64,000 bases of DNA from Chrysomallon squamiferum (Eukaryota > Animalia > Mollusca). Every line of letters begins with the position of its first letter. Position 1 is the stretch's first letter. This document shows, piece by piece, positions 1 to 14,947 of this stretch. The notes under the pieces are model-generated. The model saw only the letters and a list, made by a program, of their open reading frames with translations, was not told where the DNA came from and did no database searches. The DNA is taken from NCBI GenBank assembly GCA_012295275.1, contig CM022665.1:35774001-35838000 (forward strand), given 5' to 3'. Position numbers and translations under genes: made by a program.

Positions 1-274
1 TGTTGGTTGTTCTGTGTTCTGGTAAAGATGACTTACTTGAGCTCTGTTTGCTTGCACTGCTGCTGGCTGCTTGAGCAATTGCAAGGAAGCTAAGTCCTTG
101 TCCTTGACCTTGAGGAAAGCTTGTTGTATGCTTTGAAGGCACAGATACATCATAGATTTTTGACCTCTGTTGTGACCTCTGAGACTGGCTCACCTTGGAG
201 GTTTGAGATGTATCTGACCGCAATGGCGTGGTCGAGCTGGCATGATGGCTTTCTCGGCCACCACTTCTTTCCAT
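1..274 (-). CDS. Partial coding exon (5' end) of an unidentified gene; Ser/Gln-rich, probably disordered N-terminus; continues beyond the window edge
   Basis: Minus-strand acceptor ttttcattgtAG ends at 311 and the exon begins at 310. ATG at 274 opens MERSGGRESHHASSTTPLRSDTSQTSKVSQSQRSQQRSKIYDVSVPSKHTTSFPQGQGQGLSFLAIAQAASSSASKQSSSKSSLPEHRTTN with no stop to base 1. The exon is markedly more GC-rich than the flanking intron. Confidence 0.65.
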   Translation of the reverse strand, partial: MERSGGRESHHASSTTPLRSDTSQTSKVSQSQRSQQRSKIYDVSVPSKHTTSFPQGQGQGLSFLAIAQAASSSASKQSSSKSSLPEHRTTN

Positions 275-3200
275 TTGATGGCTGCTTCCATTACATCATC
301 AGCACTGACACTACAATGAAAATAGAAATAACAATTAATTTGTTTGGGTTAATACTGTTTGTAATTCAGTTACTATTCTGGAAATGAATTATATATGTGA
401 GTCTCTTCCTGCAGTTTGAGAATAATTCTGAATAAAATGAAATCAAATATAGTGAGCAGAATAATAAAAAATTAGTTGTCATCAGACTTTACATTGTCAA
501 TACAATCAGCAGATATTTGGCCTGTAGTGTGTTTATACATGTTACTGCAGAAATATTTATCATGCAAAGAAAACAAAACACATTTATACTGAAACATGAA
601 TTAAAAAGAATTGTATATATTGTATATACTAAGTTTTATAGAAATAATATATTCAGTAGAGATTAGAATAAACTAATAAAACAAAAGAATACATTTACAG
701 GTTAAGTGTTTTAAGGTATTCTTAGTGTTGGTACTGTTTTGGAGTACACTAAATAATTTTTACACAATTTATGTTATACGAACAGTGAATATTACCTATA
801 AAAAAAAAATAAAATAAAATAAAAATAAAAAAATAAACTATTAATAATGAAATAAAACTAAATTATGTTTAATATGTTAATAAGTGAACTAATAAAATAT
901 TAATTTTGAAAACATGAATAAAATTAATGTGTACTCTCTGGTCAGTGTTCATTTTAATTTACATTAAAATAAATGAATGAATAATAAAACAGCTAACATC
1001 TCCTAACATTTTTATATTAAAGGATTATTAGATATGATTCCTACTATTTGTATAATGATAATGTAATGTGAAAAGAATTCTGCTACTGACACTTCATGTC
1101 TTAACATTTAGCAGCAAGAGATCCTGTAAATGCATCTAACCAAAGAGTGGAGAGTACATAGTGTGATATTTTATAAGTCACACAGGGAGCTTTGGCTGAA
1201 ATGGTAAAAAGCCCAATGGGAACATAACACATTATTGATTTTGTGGCCATCACAGTTAAAATCTTATTTAGTTTTCAGTAAGTAAATAACAGATAGATAA
1301 CTAAACTGATACTTATGTTATCTTATTTGAATAACATTTGAACTATGTGTAATCAATCCAGATTAAGAAATACACTGATACTCTGTACATTAAAAAAAAA
1401 AGACCCCCACCCAAAAAAAATAAAATAATATATATGTTGTCATTTTGCGTTTGTTTTCTAAATTTTAAAACCCATAAATCTTTGCATTGTTTCTTCACAA
1501 AAACCACTGGTTATGCCTCTGACTGGAACACATTAATAGAAAATTAAAAAAAAAAAATGTACCTCACAATAAATATTTCTGAATAAAAACCAGTGCATGG
1601 CATATATACATTTTACTATACTTTTACAGTATTATTATTATTTTTTTAATACTTGTGAGAACTGTTAATCTGCTGGGTAGCATCCCTGTCAAGAATATGC
1701 AAAACAGTTTGTTAAATTATATATTTATCCATTGTACTTCTTGCTTTAAGGAAGGTAACTTGAACATTTTTAATGAAATGGAATTTGTAAAAAAAAAAAA
1801 AAATATTTCAAAATTTTAATTGCATTCAAAAATTAAAATAAGTGAAAAGAGATGCACTATTGTGAATTTAAACAATACATCCTTGACCTATTTTTTTTTT
1901 ATTAATGATAAAAAGACACAAGTGGTGGAAATAGTTTTGTTATTTGTCTCAAGGCATGTTAATTTAATTTGTTTTTGTTTTATACGAAACAAAACATATA
2001 AATAAATAAAATACCAGTTTGTGCATGCAGTTAACAACAAAACTCTGTATAAATATCCTGCAATAGCAACACTAACAAGTAACAGCAACAACCCCCCACA
2101 AAACACACAGACCAAAAACCACTCAAAACCAACAACAACAACAAAAAAAGATAAATAAATGAAATCCAAAATGAAACATTGTTGACCATCATCATTCACA
2201 CACACACACACACACACACAAAAATAAAATAAAATAAAATAAATAAAAATAAATAAATAAAGAAAGAAAACTATATAAATAAAAGGAAAAAATAATTTAG
2301 ACAAAAAATGTCAAAGAATGCTAAATTAAAACCTTGGTGATTTAACAAACAAATGTAGTTTATTTTGCATGGTATTTCTTTCATCATTTTTAAATAGAAT
2401 TTCTCTGGTTAGAACAAATGAAACATCTGCACTATAACAAAACTGAAATTAATTTGACAAAATGTTTCTGAGTAATGCTTTAAGGAAAATTTAATTATTA
2501 ATTCTGCTGGGAACATCCTTGAAGGTATGGTAACATTTAACAGACATTCCTAATAACAAGATTACTGAAAAGAATATAACTACTGTTATCTACATGTCCT
2601 CAAAAAATAATTTCTCTTAATGGATTATTTCAAGTTAGAACTGTTTTATTTTTTCTCTCTAATTTTCTTCTATCAAAATTCAGTTAAAAGAAATTTAACT
2701 TCAGTTGTTTGTTATAAAAAAATAAATTCTTAGAAAATATTTTATTTCTTTTTTTATCTTTTTTCTTAATGAATAAGAATATATTAATAAGAAATGATAA
2801 ATAAATTAATAAACAATAATATTAAATAATAATAATAATAATAATAATTATAATAATGTTAATAAATAAAAAAATGACTAAACAAATAAGAATAAAATAA
2901 AATATAAATATATTGAAAGCAATAAATACTATATATATATATATATAAATAAAAATATGGAATTAATAAATAATTAAATAAATTAAATAAATGTAGAAAA
3001 ATAAAACAGTTATTATAAATAAACAGATAAAATGAAAAAAACAACAACAAAAAAACAAAAACAAACATGATATGTGTATAAAATGTAATTATTTCTTCCT
3101 ATTTGAAATCGACCAACCTACTTCCTGTTTTATGGTGAAAGAAAAGGGAGCACTCTTATATTGTACAAAATAGCAAAATAACGAATTAAATTATAAAGCA

Positions 3201-3913
3201 GAGATCGATACTGCCATTCCACTGTGAACAAACAGATGTCCTCGATAATCATACATTTTTTTTTAAATCAATACAAACGTCACTTTTTTTTTAATCTTGA
3301 AAATGATGTTAAAAAGAAGATAAAGAACAATTAAATTCTGTTTGACAAAAAGAAATTAAATGAACTTTAGGAGAGATAAACAAGAACATTTTTATTTTTT
3401 AATGTTAAATAATTAATGATGTGATTTTTTTCCACAGTATGTATCAGTTTTCAAATGATTATATGAAGAGAGAGAACAAACAGACCCCACACCTACTCCC
3501 TCACTAATGAACAAATATTAGTCCTTAGAGCTGTTTTTCTATTTCCCATTCCAACCATAAGTATATGTAAATCAAAAATCAAAATTCATGTATGAAAATA
3601 AAGCTAGAATTGCATCAAGAAACTTCTTGATATGTATAAAAATGTATTTCTAGAAATGTGTAAAAAAAAAAATATTTCTAGAACTGTATAAAAACCATCT
3701 TCTGTATAAATATTCATTGTTGAAAATTATTTTTTTTTATTTAGAACTGCATCATAAAACCCCAATATTTGAACTTTGTAAAATCCCACTCAAAGAAAAT
3801 CCAGTTAGAATTATAAAACACACACACACACACACACACAGATATATATATATATATATATTGCAGGAACTGCATAAAACAACCTTTTCTATAACTTTAT
3901 GAAAAAAAAGGGG

Positions 3914-3949
<36 letters not shown>

Positions 3950-5751
3950 AATGAAAAGAAAAAAAAAACATTGCTAGTATTTCATAAAAATCCACTGTTA
4001 GAACTGTATAAAAACCTACTGCTAGAACTTCATAAAAAAGATACTGTTTCCAAGAAGCTGATCAGTTTTGAAAACAAGCACAAGATTAACATATGGCCAA
4101 CAGTACTGGTTTAAATGTCAGTGAGGATTTCTTGTAATGCTGTAGTCAGCAATCCCCACAATGATGAACAATTTCTACAGTACATTGGCTTCTTTTCTTT
4201 TTTCTCTTCAGTATCTTGGCAGAAAACAAATTAAATTCATCTAGCTATACAAGAAAATGTCAATAAAATGTTTTTAACAAAAAGAATATTATTCTCAATT
4301 TTGTTTGTTTATTTAAAATGAAATATTGTTTGCTCATATTAAATATTGTTTGCTAAAAGTGAAATATATTTTTTTTAGTGAAAAACTTTTTTTGTTTTAA
4401 TGAAACATTATTTTTAAAATCAAGCAATATTTTTTCAAAAGAAATATTTGAAATAAAACTTGTTTCAAAATAACTTGAAATAAAACATTTTCAAATGAAA
4501 CAATGATTTTCTGATTATGTTTAAAAATGAATACACAAACAATATTGTTTTTTATCAAATGAAAGACGTTTCTCAATAATTTTGAATTAAACAAGCCACT
4601 TTCAGATGAAACAATTTTTTGGAAGTTTTTTGGTATTTATATTTCAAAGATAACTGAAATAAAACAATTTTAAAAAGTTTTTTGCCATTATTTTTTCTTC
4701 TTCTTATAATTACTTTTTTAGTTACAGAACTGAATTTTCTCAGAAAAGCATCATTTGCCATAACTATTTTTCTCATAAAAATAACCTTTTCTTTGATGAA
4801 AATTGATAACATAAAATGCTCTGAAGACGTATGAAATATTTTGAATATAGTGAGAATAAATATCTGCTAAACATAAACTGTAACATTCAAGTGCAGATTA
4901 TATTTATTATCAGTTTCCTATTTATAAAAACAGAATGTTTGATTTATCACTATATTCCTTTTGCTTTAAAAAAATTCTAATGAAGTATTTAATGTCATAA
5001 TGCATATATTAGATATGTTTTATGATATACTAACTATGTTATATATTAAATATATTTTATGATGCAGATGCATCAGTGTTTACAAAATTCCTCTTGGGTT
5101 TCATACAGTTCTGTAATACGATTTCAAGATATATTAAATATATAAGATATAAAAAATGTTTTATAACATATATTAAGTATATAACTTAAGATATATTAAA
5201 ACATGCTTTGTCAGATATATTAAATAAAGTCAAGATTAAGAATTAAAATAAAATTAATGTTTTCTCATATTAGACCTCATTTAATTAAGTGCAAAAATTA
5301 TAGGCAAAGTTTAAAAGCATTATGTAAAACAAAGCAATACTTAAATAATCTTAATTTAATATTATTTTATAATTATTTTATTATTAATACTTCCTTCAAT
5401 TAACCCTATATTTTCATCAAATCCTCAAATAAATAAATATATAGCAGAAAACTAGCAATGGCAGCGAACAACCCAACGACTGGACATAAATAATTTATTT
5501 ATGAAAACAGCATGTCAAGTATTTGTAACATGATCACCTTGGCTCAAGATCTGAAATCAATAACATTAACAATAATAAGGTTATAAAACATGGACCTGCA
5601 TAAGAAACCAAACTGTGTTTCTTTCAGATGGCTGTAAAGTACATATATGATATTAAACACTGTGAAATATTTTTTCAGTACTGAAACTTTTTGTCGAATG
5701 TCATGGACATTATTGTGAAGTCAGAATTAATCTGTGATGTGTTATAGGTAA

Positions 5752-5940
5752 CAGGCAGTGGTTCAGTGGTTAAAGCACATATTTGATAAATGATGAGTTA
5801 CAGGATCCAATCAGCTTGCTGTGCACTTTGCCCTGTTTCTCAATCCAGCTGGTGTATTATGAAAGTTTATTTTTTTTAAATCTTGGAATATGCTTTTCTA
5901 TCTTTAGGAAATGCCATATAAATTATCCATTTTAATAGTA
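5752..5940 (+). mobile_element. Degraded tRNA-derived SINE copy
   Basis: tRNA-like head (ggcagtggttcagtggttaaagc...ggatccaatc) followed by a body that resembles other degraded copies on the opposite strand near 10700-10810 and 37775-37890. Confidence 0.4.
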
Positions 5941-6050
5941 TGTGTTGCCTGTTCTTTTGTACTATAATAAAGACAATATAATATAACTATAACAACCAGT
6001 TAGAGACAAATCTGGGTAATGGACAATGTGATTTTGAGTTCTATAAGCAG

Positions 6051-6286
6051 TGCTGTTAAATTTTCTCAGTGGTGAGATGCTGTTCAAACAAATCAGAGAT
6101 TTTTGTTAAATCTTGTCAGAAGTGTTGTTCAATCCTATCAGTAGAGTTGTTTAATTCTGCTAGTGATGTTGTTCAATTTTGACAGTAGGTCTGTTAAATC
6201 CTGTCAGAGGTGCTGTTCAGTTCTGTCAGTAGTTCTGTTGAATCCTGACAGTGGTTCTGTTGAGTCTTGTCAGTAAAGCTGTTCAT
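6051..6286. repeat. Degenerate 22-bp minisatellite, ~10 copies
   Basis: Unit approx. TCTGTTGAATCCTGACAGTGGT repeated in tandem. Confidence 0.75.
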
Positions 6287-7289
6287 GTAGCCAAGCATAA
6301 AGTAACAAGTAGAGGAATGTCCACAAATACAACACTTGTTTTGAAATCATCTACTTCATACAGCACACAGTCTCTCAGCTTCTGCTTGTTGTTTGCCCAA
6401 CAAATCACAGTGGTTCTCCCAAAATAGTCTCACTATTACACTGGCACATCAATCTATTTTAAACACTACAGTGATGCCAATGAGCTCTACCTTACATTAT
6501 AGGAATCTGTAATCTGACCTATCATTTAAAACTGTCTGCTTCCCATCTCTTTTTTTTTTTTTAAACTTGTTTTCCATAACCCTTTCTTTTTTCTTCTCTT
6601 TTATCTCACTTTTGTTTATTAATTAATTAATGATGGCCATTTTCCATGATGGAGTGGAATTAAATGGATTTGTAATTACTTCTATTATATTGATGATGTT
6701 GTTGAAGGTATAACAGTAGTTCTCTACTCAGAGGTGATGTAATTTGATAAGAAAGGTGAGGGTATTGAACTGAAAACAAGCACACCCACACATGCATGCA
6801 TGCACACGTGTGCACCTACATTTGTTAATACGAACCATGTAATTCCAGTGTTGTTTGTACTTGTTATCAGTTTCCTCAGAATGATTGACTTATCAATATA
6901 GTTTTATTATTTTATTTACTATCTAATGATATATAAATCTGAATAATTAACATTGCATAGAATTACTCCCTTAAAAAACTGATTTAAAATTATGCTTCCC
7001 ACTCGAGATTTATATATATATTTTTAGAGTCACTAAATTGCACTAAAAATACTTTCAATGAAATTCATCTTTATTATTTTCTAAAATATTTACATTTATA
7101 TAGAGAATTTTTGTTATCTATGGTGTTTTAGTTAAAAAAAACAACAACATAATATTCAGCAAGGTAATCAGTTTTCTAAAGAAATATAGACACACATATA
7201 CATACATGTCTGCACTCACTGAGATACATAAAAATAAGCAGTGACAATATCATGCAGACATACACTCATACACACAAAAGTACACATTT

Positions 7290-7290
<1 letters not shown>

Positions 7291-7379
<89 letters not shown>
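7291..7379. repeat. (CT)n/(CA)n microsatellite
   Basis: Seen directly. Confidence 0.95.
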
Positions 7380-10300
7380 CATCACAAATTAAAACATATA
7401 ACACATAACACATTACCTGATAGGTTTCTCTTTAAATCAGCTACAACTTATAAAATCTTTCCAAGTCAGAATCAGTTACACAAGAAAACATTAATTCCTT
7501 CTTACACATCCACTTCTATCTTGAAACGTTTTTTGGTTTTTTTTAACAGGAAACAAATAAATATAAAAAAGGTTAATATTCTTTCTTTCTTTTTCTTTTT
7601 TTTACATATATCTATGTATGAACACAAATATAATTATCCTAGCACTGTCAGTATTCCAGCAGAAATAACGCACTAAACAAGTGCCACAAGTTTTCGTTCA
7701 TAATGCTTGTTATTCACAGAAACTCGGTTGAAACCATTAAGCAACAACTTGGGAGAAAATTAAGGGCACATGGTGTAAGGTGGCAATGGATACTGGAAGG
7801 TAAAAATGAAGTGAGGCAAAGCCAAAAGCAAGCAGGCAGATAGACAGACAGTCAGGCAGGCAGGTAGGCTACCAGACTGAAAGAAGAGAAAGGTAAAAAA
7901 TAGACGAGAGGGAAAAAGAGAGAGAAAAATGTGTATGTAATGTTGAGCAAAAAGACAGAATGGTGGCAAGGAAATAATGTGAGGGATTCCATGGAAATAC
8001 AATCTGTTGCTTACATCAGCCCAAGTATGTGGCTTTCTCTGACTGACTGGAAATAACCAATACATACCTAGCTGACTGTTTCTTGTTATATTTTCACCTG
8101 TTGCTAAGCATCAACAATGCTGGTTTTATTTTGTATTTTGTTTTTCAGTCAAAACATTTTTAAGTTGCAGAATTTTCAATTTCAGTATAATTAACTCTTC
8201 TTGAAGCTTATATAATAATAATATCATTAATGATGATGATAATAATAATGATAACAGTAATAATAAATAAGGTTGCTTTTTTCTCCAGATCTTTTTCCCT
8301 GCAGTTATTACAACCAATGCCTCTAACTGTCTAAGGGAAAGTAAATAAAAAAGATCCTTAGAGCTAATAAGTAAGAACCAACCAATAAATGGAAGAAACA
8401 GATTCCTTCTTTCATATCACTATAAAACAACAACTATATGACTAATGTAATAATTGTTAGTATCAAACTGTACTGGGGAGTCATTAAAGATATTTATTAT
8501 TATTATTATTATTATTTGTTTACTTATTTTATTTTATTTAATTTATTTTCACTTCTATAGATATTCCATAATTTTTTAAATATGTTGTTTGACTCAGAGG
8601 TGCTTTCTATCAACAATCATTTGTGAACCACAAATAAACAGAAATTTATTTCCTAATCATTTTGTGGTTTACGTTGAAATGTGCCTACATTTTCAAAGAA
8701 TTCAATCAAAGGTTAAACTGAAGGTCACAAAAAAAAAAAAGAAATAAAAAAGAAAAGAAAATAGATACTGTCTGAAAGGTTTTCAGCAACAACATACGCT
8801 ATTGTTCAGTTTTAGGTAAAACTGATAGCATATGCCACTGAAGTGTTATGGATGATAAATTGCACATCCTCAGCAAGTCTGTTAAAAGCTGTAAATAGTT
8901 CACTAATTTAAGAGTTGTTCAACTGGCACAGTGTCAGCCAAAAACTAAAACAAGGCTTGCAGAAAAAACAAAAACAAACAAAACATGACTTGAAGAATTT
9001 ATTTTTAACTACAAGAATAATAAATAAGTTGCTTTTAAAGATTTAAAAAGTTTTATTTTTTTATTGGTTTTTTCTATATGTTTATTTCTTGAAAAATAAA
9101 ATTAAAGAAGTTTATTCATTAAATAATGTTATGGAATGGACAAATGAATCTGCATCCTGCTGGAATTCAGGTTATTTTTGGGGTCAGTGGAGTGGAGGGA
9201 GGATTAGCAGCAAGGGATCATATACATAAACAGGAAAGATTTTGTGAAACCAGTCATGAAACTGCTATAAAATATCCATGCAACCTAAAAGTATAACTTT
9301 TGAAGAATCTGTGATATAATGATTATTTTATGAACCACATCTGTCCTGGTTATTGTTGCTGGAACAATACCAAAATCATAAGACTGAATCTTTGACTTAA
9401 TTGTCGATATGTATGCATACTGCCTATGATTAGAACTATTGAAACTGTTATAAAAACACAATACTGAATGAACAATCTAATTATATGTGTTCTTATGTTC
9501 CTTGCTGGCTGTTAATGGATCTTCCCTAGAAAACAAAACTAAATAATGTGATCTCACTGATTTTTATCATGTATATACCCAAACCTTGCCTGATGATTAT
9601 TTCTAAAACTGTAAATTTAAAAAATATTTGTAAATACATGTATTTGTTCTTTTTATTCTGTTATAACTGTTTGTGGATCTGCCCAGAAAGACAAAATACT
9701 ACATCAGTGATATAACTATAAATATAAATATCCACATCATAACTTCTTTATAATTATTCCTTAAAACTACCCTAAAATAAACAATAAAATCTATGTAAAT
9801 GTGTATTAAATATCAGGCACTATACCTTCTCTAGTCATCGTCCCTTGAAATACCCAAAAGCTATAACACAAAATCTGTGATCTAATTTGAAATACATACA
9901 CTACCTTCCCTAGTAATCATTCACTGAACTGCCCTGAAAAGAAACCACTGAATGTGTGATATAACTGTAAACACTTATGTACAATCAGGTAGGTGGTAAC
10001 TGTATATTCTAGGTCAGTATGTGATGGATGCTGGTACTGTTAGGTGTGTATTTGTCAGCTGTATGGTTGCTCTTATCTTTACTGCATGCTGTTAGCTGAG
10101 AGGAATCTCATAAAACATGCACTTATTGCTGTAGCATGCAGAAAGAAATGTCGTGGTTTTTTGTGTTAAAAATAATTAGATCTGCTAGACTCCTTAGTTA
10201 ATTTCATTAAGTGGAATGAATGGATAAGTAAGTTTGTCATAAAGGAACAAATGAGCAAATCAGTGAGTGAAGAAATATATACATCAAACAATGAAAAGAC

Positions 10301-13300
10301 AGAATAATAAAACTGAAGTAATATTATTATTGATTTTTTTTAAAAATTACATAACTGAATTGAAAAACTTACAAAACAATACATATAAGAACATTATGTG
10401 AAGTTAAATAGTTTAAAATTTCAACATCTAAAGCAATCAAAATTATTTTGAAAGTACTGTTATATTGTAGATAAACATAACTAACATATTATAACTTTAA
10501 ATAAGAATAATGTTTGGGGGTAATAAAATAAAATATAATAAAATGTTTAACATCTGAACACAGTGTAATACTGATGGGTATTAGATATTAAACATAGAGT
10601 TAAAATAAATTTAAAAAAAGAATTACGCTTCATTTACTCTTATCAGTTAGCATGAAGAGAATTTTGTATATGCACATACTCATAAAAAGAAAACATATCT
10701 GATAAACCAGTTATGGGGCACTGACTGGAACAGACAACATCTTAACAGGTGCATCAAGGAGCACTGGTCATGTGTCATGCCCCAGGTCAGTTCTGTAACC
10801 ACTAAGATATAGCTTTATCTATATATAGTTACATACATACATCTATTTCACAACATTTGTTGATGTATCACAATATTATTTAGCCACAAGCTATGTAATA
10901 TTCTTAAAATAACTGGCCATATGTAATTCATATAATGTTTCCGTGAACCATTGTAAGAAAAATGACATGTTTATTTACAGAATGGTATTTTATTTAAATT
11001 TTTAAACAATAGAGAAATTGTATTACAAATTTGTTCTGAATTTAACTTTTTAACTTACAGTACAAAAAAAAAAAAATAATAATAATAATAAATAAATAAA
11101 TAAAAATGGGATGTCAGAGTATAGAGCCTTCAAAATCTTAAAAGTCATTACTGTTAACACTTTATGTTAAAAATCTAAAAGTTCTGATACAACTGTTCTG
11201 TCTGTTCTGAAAAGATTTATAAAAATTATAAAATATATAATCTGAGAATTATTTTACTGCTCTACATTTCACAGTATTAATAGTGTATTGGAATAATACC
11301 AATGATTAGTATGAAGGTACCATGAAAGTCATTTACATTACTTTCTGTGCTGGGGAATGTTTTGTTTTTGTTTGTAGATTGATTATATTAATGATTTGAA
11401 AAAGGAATTATTTTAAATGTAGCAAAAAACAAGAATACCAAAGTAATAAAACATAAAAACTGATCATGCAGAATAACAAATTTAATAATTAGGTTTACTT
11501 TGCATTAGTGCATTTTTTATTTATTTATATGTGCATTTGTGTGTTTGTTTGTGTGTGTGGAGGGTTTGCATCTATGTAGGTGTGTCTATATATGCACTTA
11601 AGAGATTTCAACTTTTCAGTTCACACATTTACTTTATTTCATTAACAGCTATCTCACCTACAAGTTGTTTCTGTTGATCACCATGTCAACTCACTCCACT
11701 GATTTGAAAATAAGAAAAGAAATGCTCTTATGTAAAACGTAGAAATACAGATAAGAAAAATGGCCTTGGTGAAAATGTGGTTAAGTCAAAAGTTTCCTAT
11801 TGATAACATTTTGATATTACAAAAATATACAGTAACTTTTTATACATGTTCCTAAATTCATTTTCAGTTACAGAAATATATAACAAATCTTTCACACATT
11901 TTTAAAGCATACATGAACTGTTTTTATTGGGTTTCTGTATATTATGTCTTGAAATTTTGTGCCTCAAAACATTTATTATTTTATTATTATGATGATGATT
12001 ATTTTATACTCTCATAATAAATAAATAAATAAATAAAGTTTAAAAAGAAATAATCCAAAAAACAACAAAAAACAATTAAATGACCCATACACAATTATGA
12101 CCACTTGCTGGAATTGAACTCAGCATCTTACACATATCAGGAGTACATTCAGTATATGAAATTAAACAATTTCACCAGCAAATGCAGTTATTACAACTGA
12201 TATGACAGAAACTGCAATTACTCTGCTGACACTGAGATGAGCAAATTGCATCAAACCATTATTGATCAGCATGTTGTCAAATAGAAAGGAAAGAAAAAAG
12301 AAGAAAAAAAATAGAAAAAAGAGGAAAGAAGATTAAATATAGCTGTTCAAATCCTCGACACCAAATGATAATAAATTTACCCACTGAATGAATGATGTAA
12401 TTTTTTTCTCTCTCCAGAAGCACTAAAATAAATAACTACTGTTGGAAACATAATAAGCAACATTGTGCAAATATCTTTCTGTTACGTAAAGAATATATAT
12501 ATCTTTACAAAAATTTCTTTGAAACATTAAAAGAACATATCTTTCAGTAAACAGTATTTATAAAACAAAAAAATTAAATGGAAATAGCAATAAAAGAAAA
12601 ACCAAAACCAAAAAATATAATAATAAAAAATAATAATAATTATTTAAAAAAAAATATAATAATAAACAAACAAACAAACAAACAAACAAATAAAACAATA
12701 CTGTAAAAATAATAAAAAGGAAGAAAAAATATGAAAAAGAAAACCAATAAATTTCTCTAGCAAATTAAATCTTCTACATAATTACACACACATACACACA
12801 AAATTGAAAACCAAGTTTTCATTAAAACAAATTAAAGACTTTTGCTATTATTAATTCTTGTTACTGATATATAACAAGATAACTAACAAATACATTTTTA
12901 AAATGATATATAATTTTTTTTTTTAAATACATCAACAAAACAAAACAACAGACAAAAAATAAATAACCCATACAACAGCTGTACACAATATTAATAAGAT
13001 TTTGAATTTACATTATTACCTAAAAATGAATATGTTAAATTAATTATTATTCAGAATATGAAAGGAAAGGTAACTGGACTTTATTCTGTTGCAAAACATC
13101 AATATCAATATATTAGAACAATATCACTTTACACATGAGTGATTGTCAGGTAATGCAATTTTTATGCCTTGTTTGTTACATTTACACAGCCAAAGAGATA
13201 GTCACAAGGGAAATAACTAGGTTTCTGTGAAAATAAAATGAATTTTCTCTGAAAATCCAAAACCTTTACACATCAATATTCCTTTCTTATTTTTACCTGT

Positions 13301-13359
13301 TTATATCAAGGGAGGTTCAGGACTTCAGCATTTAAGCTACTGTGCATTACTTTCATAGA

Positions 13360-13750
13360 AACAGAGACAGAGAAATACACAGAGAATAGAAAAAAGAAAG
13401 ATAAAAGATAAAACAAAGACAGAAAGACAAACAGTGAAAGACATACAGAGAAAAAGAGAGGACAAATAGAGAAAGCAAAAGAAATAAAGAAAAAAAAAAG
13501 TACAAAAAACAACAAAAAACCCAGAATGTTATAAGTAGATTAAAAAACAAGGAAGAATTGAAAGAAAAAAATAACAAGGAACAGGAAATAGAAAAATAGA
13601 GAAAAATGAAAAAAAGAAAAGAAAAAAAGAAGAAGACAGAAAAGATGGAAAAATGAAAAATTTAAACAAAAAATGAAAAAAGATATGAAAAAGAAAGAGA
13701 AGCAAAAAAACAACCTGAAAAAAAATGAAAAACTGAAAAAAGAAAAATTG
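13360..13750. repeat. Purine-rich (A/G) low-complexity tract
   Basis: Runs of A interspersed with G; source of the spurious poly-Phe/poly-Lys ORFs in the track. Confidence 0.85.
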
Positions 13751-14855
13751 CAGAAAGGTCTCATTTGGTTGATATTGATCGAGGTAACTCTGACGCAACT
13801 GAATGATGAGTGCAGTGTGAGCAATGTGACATCTCACACCAGTAAATTAACACTGACTTTCATGTGACGTCTCCCGGAAACTCACAGCATAAAGTTCACA
13901 TTTCACACAGAGATAAAGATGATTAATACAAGTTTTCTCTTCTGCAATTAGCAATAGAGACTTTTAAATTTAATTAATTAATTTTTTAAAATAAAAATAG
14001 ATATTATTTTAGTTAATTCTTCCTCTATTTTTGTTTCCGACTTTAACCATTTCATTTAACTGTTTGTTTGTTTTATTAATTTATTAGACTTACTTACTGC
14101 AGCAAATAAAATTATTATTATTATTTTATTTACCTATAATAAAAAAAGTTAAAGATTATAACCATATAATTTAAAAAATTGTTTAAATTTTGCAAACAAA
14201 ATAAAGAAGAATTTAACTCCAAAACAGATGTAAAAAAACAAAACAACTGAAACCTCAACAACAACAAAGATAATAATAATCATGACAATAAAGATATTTA
14301 TTAGGATGAAAATATTTTAATATATAAAGGACATGTCTTGATGTTCAATTCTTTTAAACTAGAAATTAATTTTTAAAGTTACCTAGATTTATTTATTTAA
14401 AAAAATGCACCAATCCATATTTTAGATTTCCTATCACAGCACCCCTCAAGCCAAACAATTCTAGAACAATGTCCAAATATCTGGTTATTGTAAAGAGAAG
14501 TAAAGTCAAATGCTAGGTTGAAATGTTACACTTAAATCTTAATGAATTATATGCATATTCCCTCATGGCAGAACATGACATAACAAACATAAACAAAAAA
14601 AAAAAAAAAAAAATAAAGAACTCACACACAAAGAAAAACATAGAAGAAGAACAAAATTATTTTTATTAATATCATCAGTATGATGCAGTAGGCCTGTTAT
14701 AAAAGTCAGATCCTTTATGCTGATAAAGATATTGCTACTGTCTTTTATTTTTGTTGTTACAGTTGTTGTTATTATTAATATTATTATGAATTTGTTGATG
14801 TTTCTTGCCAAATTTTGCAATAATAATAATTAATAATAACAGAAACAAAACACAG

Positions 14856-14890
14856 TAATAATAATGATAATGATAATGATGATGATGATG

Positions 14891-14946
<56 letters not shown>
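14856..14946. repeat. (GAT)n/(AAT)n microsatellite
   Basis: Seen directly. Confidence 0.95.

Positions 14947-14947
<1 letters not shown>

Noticed and set aside
121-387. 88-aa plus-strand ORF from the track
   Set aside because: Antisense shadow of the minus-strand exon; starts at TTG and runs into AT-rich intron.
8069-8098. Possible 30-nt minus-strand microexon (CAG|GTGAAA...CTAG|GTATGT)
   Set aside because: Donor is good but the acceptor lacks a polypyrimidine tract; unsupported without RNA data.
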